64,000 nt of DNA from Phoronis australis (lineage: Eukaryota > Animalia > Phoronida). Positions 39,195 through 52,730 of the stretch are shown piece by piece. Position 1 is the stretch's first letter; each line of letters begins with the position of its first letter. Made by a program: the position numbers and the translations under genes. Below the pieces are notes generated by a model, which made no database searches, was not told the origin of the DNA, and saw nothing but the letters and a program-made list of their open reading frames with translations. The stretch lies in contig NMRA01000383.1 of NCBI GenBank assembly GCA_002633005.1, positions 260,951 to 324,950 on the forward strand. The letters are read 5' to 3'.

Positions 39195-40189
39195 TGATCA
39201 TATCCGCATGAGTGAAGCCAATTATCCTTGCTCGTGACTCTATGACTAGAGCAGCTTGGCAGCATCCGTTTGATCGTGAGCTGAGCGCGACTCAGCCAAG
39301 GTGGATAAATACGGTTTAGTTCAATTTTCCAAGCCCCACCGTTTACCTTGACAAGCGGGGTTAGGACCAATATTATTTAGTGGGAGTGTTTATAGCATGA
39401 TTAGTACACCCCACCACACAACAGTGGAACTTTGGTGGAAATGAATATTAGGAACAGAATGGCCGAGGTAGGGGCATTCTGTTGAAGCTTTTGAACATCT
39501 AAATCTGCGTCATCCATTGATGAATCTGGCAACAAATGGAAAAGTTATAGTGTCCAGACTTGAAAATGTCTGTCTCTTGGTAACCTGTTGATCGATAACA
39601 GCACTCTCATGAGTTTTCGCTCAGGTGTTCTGTACATTGAGTCTTTGTGTCATATTCATGTCTGATGCACTGCAAAAAGTCAGAGGACTTGCACTGTTTT
39701 TTAATTAAAGCCATATTTCTATATTTCTTGATTAATACATTGTCTTTTTATTACTTAATATCGTCTGGTACCTAAAGGAATAAAATTACAACTGGAAAAA
39801 TATAATAAGTTAGTGAAATGCACTTTTAATGATACTGTAGGGTTATAATTACTGTTTCTGCACGGGTATTTGCCACCCTGGGTTCAACACACCCCAGTAT
39901 TCCACCCAGCCCATGGTGCAAGCCATCCTTGAGTAGAAACCACCTCTCGGTCTAATATAAGCCATCCCTAAGTCTAAACCATCCCTGAGTCTAAACCAAT
40001 ATGACACAGGTATGTGGCATATAGTCTCATAAAAATTGTCTTGTTAGCAAATAAAGCGTGGCAACCGTGTAAAAATATGGCATGCCATCATGGAAAGTGA
40101 TATTCTCCACAGAATGAAGAAGAATGTGGTAAATATGTAGAAATATGTTTCAAACTGTACAGATGGAATGTACGATAGAACTCTTCAAT

Positions 40190-40640
40190 AACAGTACACT
40201 GCCTGAAGCTTGGCAATACTGAAAAGACTGTTCGGGAGGAACATCACTTAAGGTGAATAAACTAAACATGTCCAGTATAGGACATAAAAATTTGCAAGAA
40301 ATCTTATCAAAAATCCAAACTGAGTTAGAGTTGGTTTAGCTGTCAGAGAGTGGAGTTGTCAGGTATGTCGTTTATAAAGCATAGTCTTTGAGTGTGTTGC
40401 AGCTCACGTTTGGTCTACATATTCTGCTTGACAGTGACTTGATAAACTTCTCTTACAATGGTCCTTCTTTTATACATGTAAGTTGAAGTGTTACAATAAG
40501 CAAAGAGTGTCAGGTTAGAAATTCTTGATTTTCCAGGTAATATATGGAGTCAGAATGCCCATCCATTGTTTTGGCCTATCATCTTCGGATCCACAACTGG
40601 TTATTAGGAGCTGTTTCTTTGGTTCAATACCATTGAACGC
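40190..40640 (-). mobile_element. Highly decayed CR1/L2-type LINE fragment (pre-RT region)
   Basis: Scattered PWY, SKT..DIP and SDVPP..F..CQ..VLLK-like motifs across frames. Confidence 0.3.
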
Positions 40641-41320
40641 AACAGATTAAATATTATGTAGTGAAAACACTAGATGTATTAGTTAAAATTTAGTAAAGTA
40701 TTTAAAGCTTGCATGTTGAACCATTTTCTTATGTTTGTGATAAGTTTACTCATAGATCATTGATTTTAGATTTTATATTTAGTGACAGTGGTAAGAACTG
40801 TTCAGGTCACCCAGGTGTAATGCTTTCCAACGTTTTCTGGGCCTGAACTCTAATTATTGTAAATTAAAATTTTCATAATAAACAACAAAAACTAAAAAAT
40901 GTTCTGTTAATGATGATTTTAAAGACTCTTTTGTGGCATCACACTTTGAATGTTACATGTTACCGTTACACAATAAATTAGTGACTTAGCGAAGAAATGA
41001 CATTATGGCATAGTATGGAGGCATGGTGCATAATGGCATAGTATGGAGGCATGGTGCATAATATGGGCTATTGTAAACAAGAGCATTATGGTTTGTTAAC
41101 CCTCATGCGAAGTGTAATATTACTACCGTGGCAATTACATGCTAGCATGGCAAAAGTGCCACTGGTTACGCACTATGGTGGCAATGACTTGTTTCATCGC
41201 CACCGTTTACACGCTGACGAGCATGGCCTTTAAGACAATAGATCGCCACGGTTTACGCGCTAAAACACTGATTAGAACAGAAATTACACGTTTTTGCCAA
41301 TTTTGCCAGGACGTCGATAA

Positions 41321-41572
<252 letters not shown>

Positions 41573-42949
41573 TAAATGGGTGAGACACTGTTATTACAGG
41601 ACTGTTAACAATGACACCATCTCTGTCTTGTGTCCTAGTGGATCAGTTGGATACAAATAACTTTCTAAATCTGTGCCTGGGGTCAATCTTTTTACTTGCT
41701 GGTAATAGACTAATGTTTTCTTAAAAGTTTATTTGTCCCAAAATATAATTCCTCTTGTCGGCCATATTGTGAGCTAAAATCACCATAAACTTTATAAAAG
41801 GGTTTTAAACTTTTTTTAAGTTTGGTCTGCACTCCACCTGTCGGCCACTTCATGTTACCTAATTTACATATACGCTATACTTTACATAATACCTACGAAA
41901 GCGTAGTGTTTATGGAACAAAGGTTGACTTTTCCATGGAAGCTTGCAACAAATGGGTCACTTTTTTGGAGTCCACTCTCTAAGTTCACGAGTGTCCTACT
42001 CCTCTAGCAGTGCCCTCGTCAAAAGTATTTTTGCATAATTCCCAGGCTCTCAGTCAGTGATGAAAAGAGTGTTATTAGTTGTGAGCGTCAGGTGCCATTT
42101 GATGCCAGTGGTTGAGTACACGTGTACTGTCTAGTCCATTGTATTGCTATGCTTGCTCAATGTCAATAATGAATACTTTAGGAGACTAGATAGTAAATAT
42201 ATTTTGGCAAAACATGTCAATATTAAGTATAAACATAGGCACTCCAACCATTCTGTATTGCAGGCATTATAGCTCCACTCTTATGTCAACAAATTATTTG
42301 TAATTCATGTTCGTTTTTGGAAATCTGTATGTTTTGCTTCATCATAAAGCAAGTTTTCAGTGAGTTTGGCGTCATAACACGGGACCAATCAAAGTCGCTC
42401 GAGTGAAAGATGAGTATTTCACAAAATTTGCTCGAGTGCTAAAACAAAAATGAAACTGATTTTTTAAGGTTTTGTATGAGCAAGTGTGCATATTCAGTTA
42501 AATACCTGCAATTTTTCTCAGTAAAGTTTATATATCTGTTGTAAAATTCCTGCAGAATTTGATTGTTCATTTTTTACTAAGCGGCCATTAATTGGGTCAT
42601 ATGACCTTGTTTTTAAAGGTACATTGATGGTAAAAGGATGGTAATTTTATTTGATATAAATGTTCAAGATGAGATCTCAAATATGCTACTACAGTTTTCT
42701 AAAATGTCATTGCTTTTCTATTTTATGGAAATTAAACTCATAACAGTCCTATTTTTGATAGACCATTATGCAAGAGCAGAACATTTTCAAAACAATTCCT
42801 AACCTAAGAAAGTTTTGGAGACCGTAAACCATTGTATCTGATCAGCCATTTCTGTGTTATGATATCTAAAGTTAGCCAGATTAGGAATTTTCATATATAC
42901 AAGATTCTATTGGAATATACACATATGGCCATTGTACCAAAGTATGACA

Positions 42950-43184
42950 CAGTGGCAGATCTACGTTTTCAGTAAGGGGGGGTTTAGGATTCGAGCGAAT
43001 CCAAGACGCATAGCGCCGAGAAGAAGGAAGGTCGGGAGGTTTCCCCCCTCCCGTGTAAGATTTTTTGTGGTTTATAGAAGCTGATTTCGTTTTTCTGGCA
43101 AAATTTTTTTTTCAATTTTTATTTTGGATCCTGTCCCGAGGGGGGGTTTGAACCTCTTGAACCCCCCCTGTAGATCCGCCTCTG
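42950..43184. mobile_element. MITE with 5-bp TSD
   Basis: TIR CAGTGGCAGATCTAC / GTAGATCCGCCTCTG with TGACA on both flanks. Confidence 0.8.
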
Positions 43185-43325
43185 TGACAAATACAGGATA
43201 GTAAATTGTGAGGTGAGCCACAAACTGGACAGTTAATTGTGACGCTTGAGAGCACAATGAATGAGTTTTAAATGTGAGAAAATCAAATATAAATAATGCT
43301 GAAGAGTGACAAAGGGACCACTTAA

Positions 43326-43416
43326 GTATTGTGTGTGACACTCTTGGTGGGCACAAACACACTACAATCTGTGGTATTGTGTGTGACACTCAATTGGTGG
43401 GCACAAACACACTACA
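43326..43416. repeat. Tandem duplication, about 48 bp x2
   Basis: GTATTGTGTGTGACACTC..TTGGTGGGCACAAACACACTACA occurs twice. Confidence 0.85.
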
Positions 43417-43550
43417 GTGGTATTTGTCTTCTGGATATTCCAAGTTACACAACTTGTATAACCCATTCAAGTTTCCACCAGGAATATTTGTTGTGTTTCT
43501 AACTAATTTGACCAAGTAATAACAGGAATGAGTGCCTAGGTCCACTTTAA

Positions 43551-44513
43551 ACAGTACACACCATGGAATTTTGCACATTTTGAATTACCGGTGGCCACAG
43601 ACTAAATGTATGACGTAAAATTTAGCTAAACCCATGTTTATTTTGTGTAATTAGCTCGAAATTTTGATTTTTCTTTCAATTTTGCCAATTTTCACATTTC
43701 CCGCCATGTGACGTCATGGGTTGAACACAAGAGATCAGTGACCAGCATTGAACAATGGCGGAGAGCAGTGAATTTGAAAGCGACGACGATTATGAGCAAG
43801 AATTAAATAAATACTATGAAGAAACGTACGGGAATGGTGGCCAGGATGAGGAAATGGGGTTGCACGAAAGCGAGAACAAGTTTGATGTCCTTCCGGCTGC
43901 GTACTTTTCTACTTTGAGCCTTACGAACTGGATCCTCCCGCGAGAGAAGCGGCCTCGGGCTCGGCGAGTCAACCCAGTCATCCAACAGACGATCCTGAAT
44001 TAAGAGCCGATGTTTCTGAATGATAAATATTGTCCTTTATTGAACCAGGCCTTCATCGTAACATCTCCTGTGACTGGAGTTGAAACACGAGTCCTCAAAG
44101 TGGGCAAAACACAGAGTGGCCCCGGACCGAATCGCTTGGTCCACGATGAGGTCCCACACTCTCGTTCGGCGCACGAAGCGATGTCACTTCAGCGCAACTT
44201 TGGTGTCCTTCGGAACACCGAGACGTTCTCCGCCTGTCTGCTGTTGCTGCAGCCTCCGGCAACATATCTTTTGATCCCTCTACGAACCTTCTCGACGCTA
44301 AATGTACTTTGCTTTCACTTCACTCTATACACTTGGTCTCTGATCCGAACAGTATGGCGAACGACTTGGGTTCAACCCATGACGTTGTACATAATTATTA
44401 TTTTTTTCAATTTTTGCGTGTTTCTTTATGAGCTGTGCACTAAAGGCACTGAAATCAAGTAAGATATAATAATAAAATTTATTTTGAGGTACTAGAGTCA
44501 TGTTGTGTACACT
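43551..44513. mobile_element. Internally deleted Kolobok-like DNA transposon
   Basis: TTAA flanks, imperfect TIR (GTACACA.CATG), and inverted internal ACGTCATGGGTTGAAC motifs at ~43711 and ~44369. Convergent remnants: an acidic ORF start at 43755 (+) and a decayed THAP domain on the minus strand (YVAGGCSN..K*HRFVRRTRVW..LCFAHFE, ~44090-44275). Confidence 0.65.
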
Positions 44514-45624
44514 TTAAGGTCTTCTAGTATTGTTGTGAATTCTCACATTTTTTCAAAATATTTTCTGAATTCAGCTATGGTACAAACCTTGAACATGGTA
44601 AAGCATTAATTTGATGCCAAGTATCTTTTATTAAAGAATGAGAAATGAAATTTCACGTATTGTGTCATAAATTGGTGAGATTTTACTGTACGTAATGAAG
44701 TGTTGGTGTGGCGGCCATGTTGGAAAATATGGCAAACAACTGACAGACTCAAATAAGAATTCAATAACTCCATACGTTATAAAAAAGGGACCTGAACTCT
44801 TTTAGATTGTAATATATAAAAACCTGCAAAACATTTCCTTATTCAAAGGAGACAAATGTGCCAAGACTTTGGTTGTCTGTCAACATTATCAGAAATCTGA
44901 GTATCGGTTCATTTTATTTTTCTCACACCTTTTTTAAGAATCACTTTTTGAGTTGTTTTAATATTTTATCATATTTTATTATTATCTTGTCATGCTAAAA
45001 CCATAATCAGCTCAATAATGACCATTGCATATATGTCTTTGAAACAAAGATTTCCAATTTCGTTTGCTATGTTCAAAATCACTTGTATTTGCATGGTTAT
45101 AATGTAACATATAGAATGTCCTTCAGAAGATAGTGCCCGCTACGTAAACAAAAGTCATGGTATCACTTGCGTTCAACTTCATGCAGGAGTTGTCTCACAT
45201 CACCAAGCGCTCATTTGTTTAGGGCATTTATATTCAAGTTGGACGCTTATTTAAGGCCGATTGCTTATTCAACAATCCCAGTTTTGCGGACCTGGCGCTA
45301 ACGTCTTTCCATATACAGGAATATGCGTAGCAGATCTAAAATGACAAAAGCGAATTTCTGTGGTTTTCTTACCTTTATATGAGCACCCAAGTTAATTTAT
45401 CTTGTGTGTCACCTGTGATGTAATGACAAATCGTTTATGTTCTGAGCAGTGCTCATTTCAATAGGGCTGTCTGGGATCACACAGTGACACTCGAGCCTCC
45501 CTGTATTTACCCACAATGCTGTAATCATCCATCCTTTTCATGCCACTTCAATTTCACGTGCTATTTGTCGTTTGATTCTTTACAAGTTTTTCTCGGTTGC
45601 ATTACTCTGTTCGTCCTGCCAATA

Positions 45625-45735
45625 CCAACGAAGTATTACTGCTTCGCTGTGGGCTGCAATTCCGACGTGAGAAAGTTTGATAAACTGGACAAATGTGCCT
45701 GGATGTGTGATCTGAATTTGTTCGCCTTCCCGACA
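45625..45735 (+). mobile_element. THAP-domain N-terminal remnant of a DNA transposon
   Basis: PTKYYCFAVGCNSD...LFAFPT. Confidence 0.5.
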
Positions 45736-48257
45736 TCAGTGAGAGATTTCGAAAACAAGATTATGTGCTTTCTTATGTCTGGGATTAAGGAGAGTTCTAT
45801 CGCCGTGTAATAGGGGACGACCTGATTGACAACCCATATTTTTCCTGACCTGAGTGATAGACTGGCTATTGCTTGTTTCAAGCATTTTTAATACAAGATT
45901 GCAACTGCTATTTATTCGTTGTTTTCCATGCATTATTTAAAATCGTTTGGTGATTTACGTTAACAGCAGACACTAGACTATCACGGAAAACAGTGAATAA
46001 TGGCCACAGTTGTTTTTCAATCTGTTGTGAATTATACCCTGGCTCTTATCTGAAAGGTATTCAAGACTGGTGGTTTTAAAAGGACTGGTCGCTTATATAT
46101 GACATTGCGGTAGTACCGAATTGGAAAGTTTGGTAAAAATTTTCAAATTTGGGACAAAAATGATTGGTAAAATTGTTGTAATTCTTTGCAGAGATTTTGG
46201 TCATGATAGACCGGCCCAAAAATCCTCCCCTCATTTTCGGGTCAGTCGAAATTCCTGAGTTCACCACATGCCTTTATTTGGCCTGTAGCATGCATTTCAC
46301 GCTAATACTCATTAGCTGATGGAGTAAGATAAGAGTTGCCTAGGGAAACAACACGTTTGTTTCACATTTTCACTCTTCTGATGGATTTAAACTACTAGAA
46401 GATTAGAAATCTTCCTAAAATTTTGACCTCCGTACGTGCTCTCTCCATAAATATCGGTGAAGTTTTAGCTGAGATCGCTTCGATGAGATCAGCCGAGTTT
46501 GAAGTAACTTTTGGTATTACTACCTGGTAAAGCAGTTTCCTTTGTTTTAGATTTTTTAAACGTTAAGAATTTAATTTACACAAATAATTTCAAAGTAAAT
46601 TCACAGAAATTGAAGTGGTGGAATGTCAGTAAACCTGAGTTAAAATTCTTGAGAAAATAACGAATTTCATGAATTTACTAATTCGCAACGGTCTAATTTG
46701 CGCAGTGCCACAGTATTCTAAGTAATCTGTTCTCGTAGGTGTCGTGACCACATGTGTGAGGTGTGAAGTTTCGTCGTTTTTTGTCGTTTCAAAGTGAGAG
46801 CAACGGGTAACCGTGTTCAAGCACATTATACATTTTTGTCGTAAAGTGAAAATCCCGATGAAAATTGGACGAAAAATGACGCTAATTTCAAGAGTTAATG
46901 ATTTTTAACGGAGGTCGGAAGGAAGTTGGATGGAAATGACACTAAAATTATTGAAAATTTACCGAAAATTTTTGCTTCAAGATTCCAACTATTTTCCACA
47001 AGAATTATCATGAACTTTTTAAGACCACCACATTACTGTCAATGCTGAATGGCGGTTCAACCGCAAAATAGTTATTTGGTGGTTGTACCACCCACAAACA
47101 TGCATGTGTTAGAAGTTCTGCATCTGTGTTCGTTAAAAACAAATTGTTGAAAGAGTATATTGGAGCGATCGAACTTTATAAACGACAGGTACTTGTACGT
47201 TAGAATGCAATTCGATTTCCTGAACTTTCTAATTCTGTAGATATTGGATTAACTAAGCAGACTTGTCGAAAAGTGCTGTACTTAATGTTGCGCGGTGTTA
47301 TTGAATCGTAAGTTTGGCTGCCGAAACAAGTTTCATATATGAATGTTGTGTTGACCTTCAAGGCATGTCTCACCATTCATGTAAAAGTAATTCCTTTGCC
47401 AAACCTGAGGCATAGTTATCATGTTTCTTGCCCCCCCCGTCAGCTGAATTCGTATGGAACTATTGAAATCCCTGATCATGGTGTCAAGTTTCCCTGTAAC
47501 ACCTGAGATTCTATCGCGATCATTTCGCGATATGACATTGTTGCAAATGCCAAAAATTTTACCAGATATTTGGCAATTATTACACTATGTAAACTAAACT
47601 AAAAGCAGAATATCGTAATGCATGAAAATAGCTCAGCTTTATTTTCGGTTTTGAAGAAATCAGTTGGGGCACCAAAGATTTCTCAGTCATTTCCATACAG
47701 TACTGGTTATTCTGTACATTATGGCCACCAGAATTTTACGAGTGCACAATCCTGTCTTCTCATCTATGAGGTCATTGAAACAAACATTGGGTAATAGTTA
47801 GATACAACTTCCCTCATTTTGAGAACCAAATGAATTTTCTCAGGATCCACGGAATAACTGGTATGAAACTGGTTCCCAAAATTTGAGCACATTTAATACC
47901 CGACTGTTTTGGCAGCAGACGTATTCTGTGCTTGGACTGTACTTTTCATTCCCAGTTGAAAACTGTTCTATGTAATCTATTGGCTCTGACATCTCTGTTA
48001 TGTATAAAGTAACACCTCTCAGTATCACAAGTGAGGTATAAATCTACTGTTTACAAGATGTTAGCTCATTTCCACTGACTAAACCACAAGTTCAAGCTCT
48101 TCTCAGTGAACCTATAAGTACTAGTTCAATCCACCAAGCTTGACCTCATTTGAGGCTGTACCAGTGCACCACTGATCACCATATGTATTTTTAGCTGTCA
48201 GTGTGTCACATTAAAGCCAGCTAGTGTATTGCATCAGCCCTCATGTTATCAAGTTGA

Positions 48258-48400
48258 TTATTATGCGGCCATATATTGATATGTGGACGCATTATGCTGT
48301 CATCTCCGTCAGTCCATCCCGCATCCGCTGCTCTATTTCCAAAACACTTTTGACTTAGTTTCATGAAAATTAGCACATAATGTTCCTTTTTCAAACATGA
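48258..48400 (+). mobile_element. Helentron-associated (HINE/DINE-1-like) element fragment
   Basis: TTATGCGGCCATAT..ATGTGGACGCAT palindrome plus a GTCC-like microsatellite; same head as at 52591, 62132 and 63028. Confidence 0.55.
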
Positions 48401-48419
48401 TTTTCCACAATTTTGTTAA

Positions 48420-50110
48420 TTCGTCATTCCAAAAGTGCCTGTTTGCTTTTAATCTTTTTCTTAAATTTTTGTTCATCTTAAATGCTATTCCATTTCTGTT
48501 TTTATGATTTCGAAGAGGGAGTTACAATCTCATTGACTTCATATTGTGTTTGACAGTCATTTGTTAATATTAAAAGCAACTCTCTAATCGCCCTTTTAAA
48601 AATCTCCTCCATGAATTCCCTTAGCATGGAATTAAATTTGAACCGCTTTCTAAATCGCATATCAAAAGAATTCTCTGTGTGCCATGATTTTCTACGTTTT
48701 CTTCAATCATGGTATTCACTGGAACTTGTAGCATAATTTCTAACCAATAATTCAATATAGTCGGGCGCTTTTGACTTTTCAACAATAGCCCATGTACATT
48801 TTGTTTGTCAAGTCTGTACAAATATGGACCTCAAATTTAAGACAAGACTGAATTGACTCATGAGAGACTATAAAGTAGTCTACAACGCCAGCTCTTCCTC
48901 TATGACTTATTGAGGTGCAGCTATCTTTACTTATATATCTCTTTCTCACCATTCACTATGCAAGTTTTAGAGCCGAGCAAAAAGTCAATCAAACTTTACC
49001 ATGACTGTTTACGGCTTTGTCTATTACGACTCACTTAGCAATCAATATCTGGAATGTAATCATTCAAGTTACCCACTCTATACCCACTCTACCCACTGTG
49101 CAGTTTAAATCTCCACAAATCATCTGATTTATCCCACACGTGTTGAATTTGTTGAGGGAAATACGGCCGTGTAATAAAGTTTTCCGTGTTCACCTCTCGC
49201 ACTCAACTTCAACAGTGACCTCGGACATAGAAAGTTCAAAAGGTAGGTCAATGTCGACTCGATGTCGTTAGCCAGTTCGATCACAAAACTTTTGGCAAAT
49301 AGTTTGAAGTAATATAATTATGGCAGTGTAAATAATAATCAACATACAACCGGGTCTCAATCATAACATCTGGAACAGGACTGTTGATTATATGACAGTT
49401 CTGTCAGTTTTCATTTGCTTAATATTTTATCTTCTGCAACTCAGGCGCCAACTCCTTGGTAACTACAATATCAAATATTGCTGTTTTTTAACTATTTTCA
49501 GGAGGTGTTACAAGTTCAATGAAAAGTTAACCTTGTTTTCATCTTTGTTATCTCTTTTCAAGCAATAAATCGTCACATTTAAAACTATTTCTTTTAGTAG
49601 AGAAAACTTGCAGCCTGACGTGCGAGTACATACATTTAGGATGTGATCCACCACGTGCACAGTCTGAGTGAAGTATTTAAAAAATATGTGGAAAAAATGA
49701 AAGAAACTTAGGAATTCGAAGCATATGGGATAAATACAAAACGTACCTCAATTGGCATTCATGAAGTAATATCCCACTCGACATTATTCCACGTATCGAC
49801 CGAGACTGAAGTTCTCGGTCGATACGCGGAATAATGTCTCTCGGATATTACTCCATGTACGCCACTCTCTGTACGTTTTGTGTATATATCTGCGTATAAA
49901 TATAACTGGCGTAATAGATGGCAATGGATACTGTCCGCATCACAACCCCTTGATGATTTCTCAGGTGGTAAATAGCAACAAACTATAATTATACAATATA
50001 CTGAAAGTCTATGAGTTAATCTTAAAGCTATTATGCCATCACAACTTGTAAATAATGTCAATTTTAATGTATTAAACAAATCATTCTTAACACATATTCC
50101 CAGCCCACTT
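48420..50110 (-). mobile_element. LINE APE-endonuclease fragment (CR1/L2-like), decayed and interrupted
   Basis: GLGICVKN..DGII..CYLPPE (49870-50110), then IFCGDLN, VNSHG..LIDFL..CIVNG and VVDYFIV (48860-49130). Confidence 0.75.
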
Positions 50111-51942
50111 TAAGAGGGCTTATCTTTGGTAGTGTTTTTGGCATACTTGTTCCTGGGATTTGCTTCTTTCTTGGCAATTTTTCATGCTCCAAAGGTGGTA
50201 AAGTTTTGGTTATGGCTAAAAATGCTGTGGGGTAATATCAGAACCATTTGTAGAACTTCATGATTGAAAGTAAAGGGAAATATAGAAAACACAAAAACTG
50301 TCTTTTGGCCTTAATCCTAACTGAGCACCATGCATGGTGAGAAGCTACCTAGTATTCACTTAGATGTGCTAAATTGGAGAAAGAAATAATTTTGCTTTAG
50401 TCAGCAAAGTGATCCCTAGTGTGATGTACACTAGCTGCTGTACACCATCTGAAGACGTGCCTTCAGGTATTAACATAGCAATCCTTTACTGGAGGCTGAG
50501 TGCAATGCTTCTCATTGTGAAGAAGACTGCCTAATTGATGTTGTAAAATTCACTTGCAAGATATTTCTGAATATGGTAGTTATTCTACTGTTAAGATGAT
50601 GAAAAGTTGTGTAGCAGTTAGTAATGGTGTTTAATCCTGCCTTTCACCCTGTTTTTTCAGGCTAAGGAAATAAGCAGTAGACCTTTTAAGCTTATAAATT
50701 GGTCCAATGTGTAAATTTCATGTCATTGAAAACGAAGAAAAACTTAGAAAACCTCACGGCAGAGTGGCAAAATTTCATTTTCTAAGTAATAAATTCCATT
50801 GCCAACCACTTGCCACCAGAAAAAAACATATATTTTTTAACATGCAATATTGAAAGGGGCTTTGATTGGGTGTTTTGAGCAGTGAGGTTATGAAAACATA
50901 CCACTATTGACAATGGCAAGTTAGTACTGCCGATATCACCACTTATGCGATGATAATGACAAATTGGATTTTGTGTTATTTGGGTTAAAGCCTACCTTTG
51001 AAATTTCACCCAAAACTAACTTGCCATAATTGATTTTATCATTTCTTCTGTAAACGGTTATCTCTGAATTAATTTTCAAAAGTGTGCATTAAAACTTTAG
51101 GCCAGCCTTTTGTTCTTTGAGTTTCTATGTTGAGACACCCTGGATGCTAGTGTAAATGAAAAATGACAATTTTTCTTTTAGCTGAGATGGCTAAAATGAA
51201 ACTCGTCGCTCTTATTATGATGATGTAGTGATCATGATATTGATAGTTATAGCAGCCATTTTTCTTTCGTGTTAAGGCTTATAGTGGTGTTGAGAGATGA
51301 CAAGTGCACAGATCAAACTATAGTCCTTTTGAAGTACACAAGTTCTTTTGCAGATATTTTCAAAAAGAAATTCTGTGTGACTTCCAAAACAGACCTCTTT
51401 TCTGCTTGAGATAGGCACTCAAGACTGTACATAAAATTTCATCAAATGCCGTAGCACGCGCTGTGAAAAAATAGTTCAATTCTGCTTCTCCGATGTTTTT
51501 CTGTATTGTGGCAATTTCGCGCTCGTTGGATGTATTCTATGCTGAGCAGTGTGCATTTTTCAATTTGAAAAACCACATCAAGTTGTGCGGATATGCTAGT
51601 GGGGGACATTTCCAGCACCTGTATTAAAAGCGTTTGAATTCATAGTTGTAAGACTTTTCTCCATCAGACTTTCTTTTCAGCTCCACTTGGCCATATAGTT
51701 ATATCTTTACAGGCATTAGTTCACGTCTCCTGGTGGTTCTCTGGTCCAACGGCAATAAGCGTCTCAGTGGGAAAACCACTGGGACATCGACAAAAAGGAG
51801 AGCATTGAAAAACCTCGACATCGGTGTTAGTGCAATACATAAAGGTAGAAGTTCCTGCCTCTATTCAGCAAATTATCAGCAAACATTTGGGACAAGTTTC
51901 GGGAGAATCGTTATCCTAGTCATGAATGCATGTTTATTTCAG

Positions 51943-52083
51943 GCTTCTTCAAGCGCACGGTCCAGAATAAGAAAATATATTCATGCGCGGACAGCCAAGC
52001 GTGTAAAATTGAAAAATCTCAGCGAAAACGATGTCCAAGTTGCCGCTTTCAGAAATGTATTCAAGTTGGCATGAAAGTGGAAG
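51943..52083 (+). CDS. ftz-f1: FTZ-F1/NR5A coding exon 3 (second zinc finger)
   Basis: tttcag| GFFKRTVQNKKIYSCADSQACKIEKSQRKRCPSCRFQKCIQVGMKVE |gtatgt. Confidence 0.97.
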
Positions 52084-52590
52084 GTATGTTTATTCTTCAA
52101 ACTGAACTCTTCATAAATTAAGCCAATTGTTGGTAATCTGTGTTATCATAAATACGCACGCATTTTTTAATAACACTGGGTTACTGTTATTGTGTGTCCT
52201 CATTAATTCTTGATAATCGGCCTGTGAAGGTCAACACATTTATGTTCTTAAAGCAATGCAGTTGTTATTAGGATAGGGAATAGGCTGGTTCCCTGTCAAA
52301 ACACTAGATGGAGCCCTTGCATCATGATTATGAGTATTTGTGAATTCAAAGGCCTGGTTGCGTGAAAGATGTACACTGGATAAACTGCACAAGAAGTTTA
52401 AAATAATACGCTAGAATTTCTAAAGTTTGGGAAGCGAAAATTAATTATTTTGCTCTAGGTTGGAGCTTGTTCCAAAGTTTAGAACTTGACATTATTTGTA
52501 GTTCTAAATTAAAAAAAATGCAATCAATGACAATCATTTGCTTCGATGTTACACAAAATAGGTACTCGTGAAAATATTTCATCAGAGGTT

Positions 52591-52730
52591 GTTTTTTATA
52601 CGCCCACATATTAATATGTGGACGCATTGTGCCGTCATTCTATTAAAGAAGCAATGATATGTTCCCGTTTTTGGATGGAGTGTACTTTTTTGCGCCATCT
52701 AGTGGCCATTTTTATGACGCAAATAAACAA
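52591..52730 (+). mobile_element. Short HINE-like element copy
   Basis: TTTTTTATACGCCCACATATTAATATGTGGACGCAT head and GCGCCATCTAGTGGCCATTTT core motif. Confidence 0.55.

Noticed and set aside
38550-39370. Two similar ORFs on opposite strands
   Set aside because: They are the two arms of the foldback element and contain no protein motif.
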